DNA from: Mobula hypostoma
Lineage: Eukaryota
Assembly: GCF_963921235.1 (NCBI RefSeq)
Contig: NC_086097.1
Location: 119,414,001 to 119,478,000, forward strand
Reading direction: 5' to 3'
Length of the DNA: 64,000 nucleotides
Position 1 is the stretch's first letter; each line of letters begins with the position of its first letter. Shown in pieces: positions 62,830 through 64,000 of the stretch. The position numbers and the translations under genes were made by a program. The notes below the pieces were generated by a model, which was given only the letters and a program-made list of their open reading frames with translations, was not told where the DNA came from and did no database searches.

Positions 62830-63925
62830 AAACATAGAAACATAGAAACATTGAAACATACAGCACAATAGCAGGCCCTTCAGCTCACAAAGCTGTGCAG
62901 AACGTGTCCCTACCTTAGAACTATATAGGCTTTACCCATAGCCCTCTATTTTTCTGAGCTCCATGTAGCCATCCAGGAATCTCTTATAAGACCCTATCGT
63001 TTCCGCCTCTACCACCGTCACCAGCAGCCGATTCCACACACTCACCACTCTCTGCGTAAAAAACTTACCCCTGACATCTCCTCTGTACCTACTTCCAAGT
63101 ACCTTAAACCTGTGCCCTCTTGTGCGAGCCAATTCAGCCCTGGGGAATTTCACTATCCACACAATCAATGCCTCTCATTATCTTGTACACCTCTATCAAG
63201 TCACCTCTCATCCTCTGTCACTCCAAGGATAAAAGGCCAAGTTCACTCAATCTATTCCCATAAGGCAAGCTCTCCAATCCAGGCAACATCCTTGTAAATC
63301 TCCTTTGCAACCTTTCAATGGTTTCAACATCCTTCCTGTAGTGAGGCGACCAGAATTGAGCACAATACTCCAAGTGGGGTCTGACCAGGGTCCGATATAG
63401 CTGCAACATTACCTCTCAGCTCCTAAACTCAATTCCACGATTGATGAAGGTCAATGCATCGTGTGCCTTCTTAACCACAGAGACAATCACTTTAGCAGCT
63501 CTGAGTGTCCTATGGACTTGGACCCCAAGATCCATCTGATCCTGTACACTGCCAAAAGTCCCTACAAAATGAACCACCTCACACTTATCTGGGTTGAACT
63601 CCATCTGCCACTTCTCAGCCCAGTCTTGCATCCTATCAATGTCCTGTTATAATTTCTGACAGCCCTCCACACTATCCACAACACACTCAACCTTTGTGTC
63701 ATCAGCAAATTTACTAACCCAACCCTTCCCATCCTCATCCAGGTCATTTATAAAAATCACAAAGAGTAGGGGTCCCAGAACAGATCCCTGAGGCGCACCA
63801 CTGGTCACTGACCTCCAGGCAGAATATGACCCATCTACAACCACTCTTTGCCTTCTGTGGGTAAGCCAGTTCTGGATCCACAAAGCAATGTCCCCATGGA
63901 TCCCATGCCTCCTTACTTTCTCAGT
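62830..63925 (-). mobile_element. CR1 3' portion
   Basis: GAPQGSVLGP...FADD, RPHLEYCAQFWSP and (catagaaa)n tail. Confidence 0.9.
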
Positions 63926-63926
63926 A

Positions 63927-64000
63927 TGATGGGAGGAGAAGATGGCGGCATGATGGCATCATGCGCGGTCTCTCCAGTGATGAATATCTGTTATCTGTCA
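63927..64000 (+). mobile_element. Possible 5' end of another LINE running off the window
   Basis: Abrupt junction into ggagaagatggcgg (YY1-like AAGATGGCG start motif). Confidence 0.4.

Overview
Eukaryotic, repeat-saturated intergenic or intronic DNA. The repeat set (CR1, Rex1/Babar, GIY-YIG Penelope, V-SINE) points to a cartilaginous fish, probably a ray; this is an inference. I could not identify any host protein-coding exon. The window contains: a decayed Gmr1-type Ty3/Gypsy LTR element (664-7680, INT before RT) with nested Penelope and CR1 insertions; two solo LTRs; many Penelope copies carrying minimal hammerhead ribozymes, including hairpin and palindromic insertions; L1, Rex, RTE, Tc1 and mariner relics; and a young, essentially full-length CR1 LINE (56826-61687, minus strand). 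The strongest candidate for an under-described system is in that CR1. ORF1 ends in a coronavirus-type U UUA AAC slippery heptamer directly before its stop codon, ORF2 sits in the -1 frame with no usable AUG, and a second, divergent CR1 in the window keeps the same arrangement. This predicts programmed -1 ribosomal frameshifting to an ORF1-ORF2 fusion in a LINE. The same element has a 5' UTR built from tandem ~173-bp promoter-like monomers. Boundaries of old, degenerate repeats are approximate and all alignments were done by eye.
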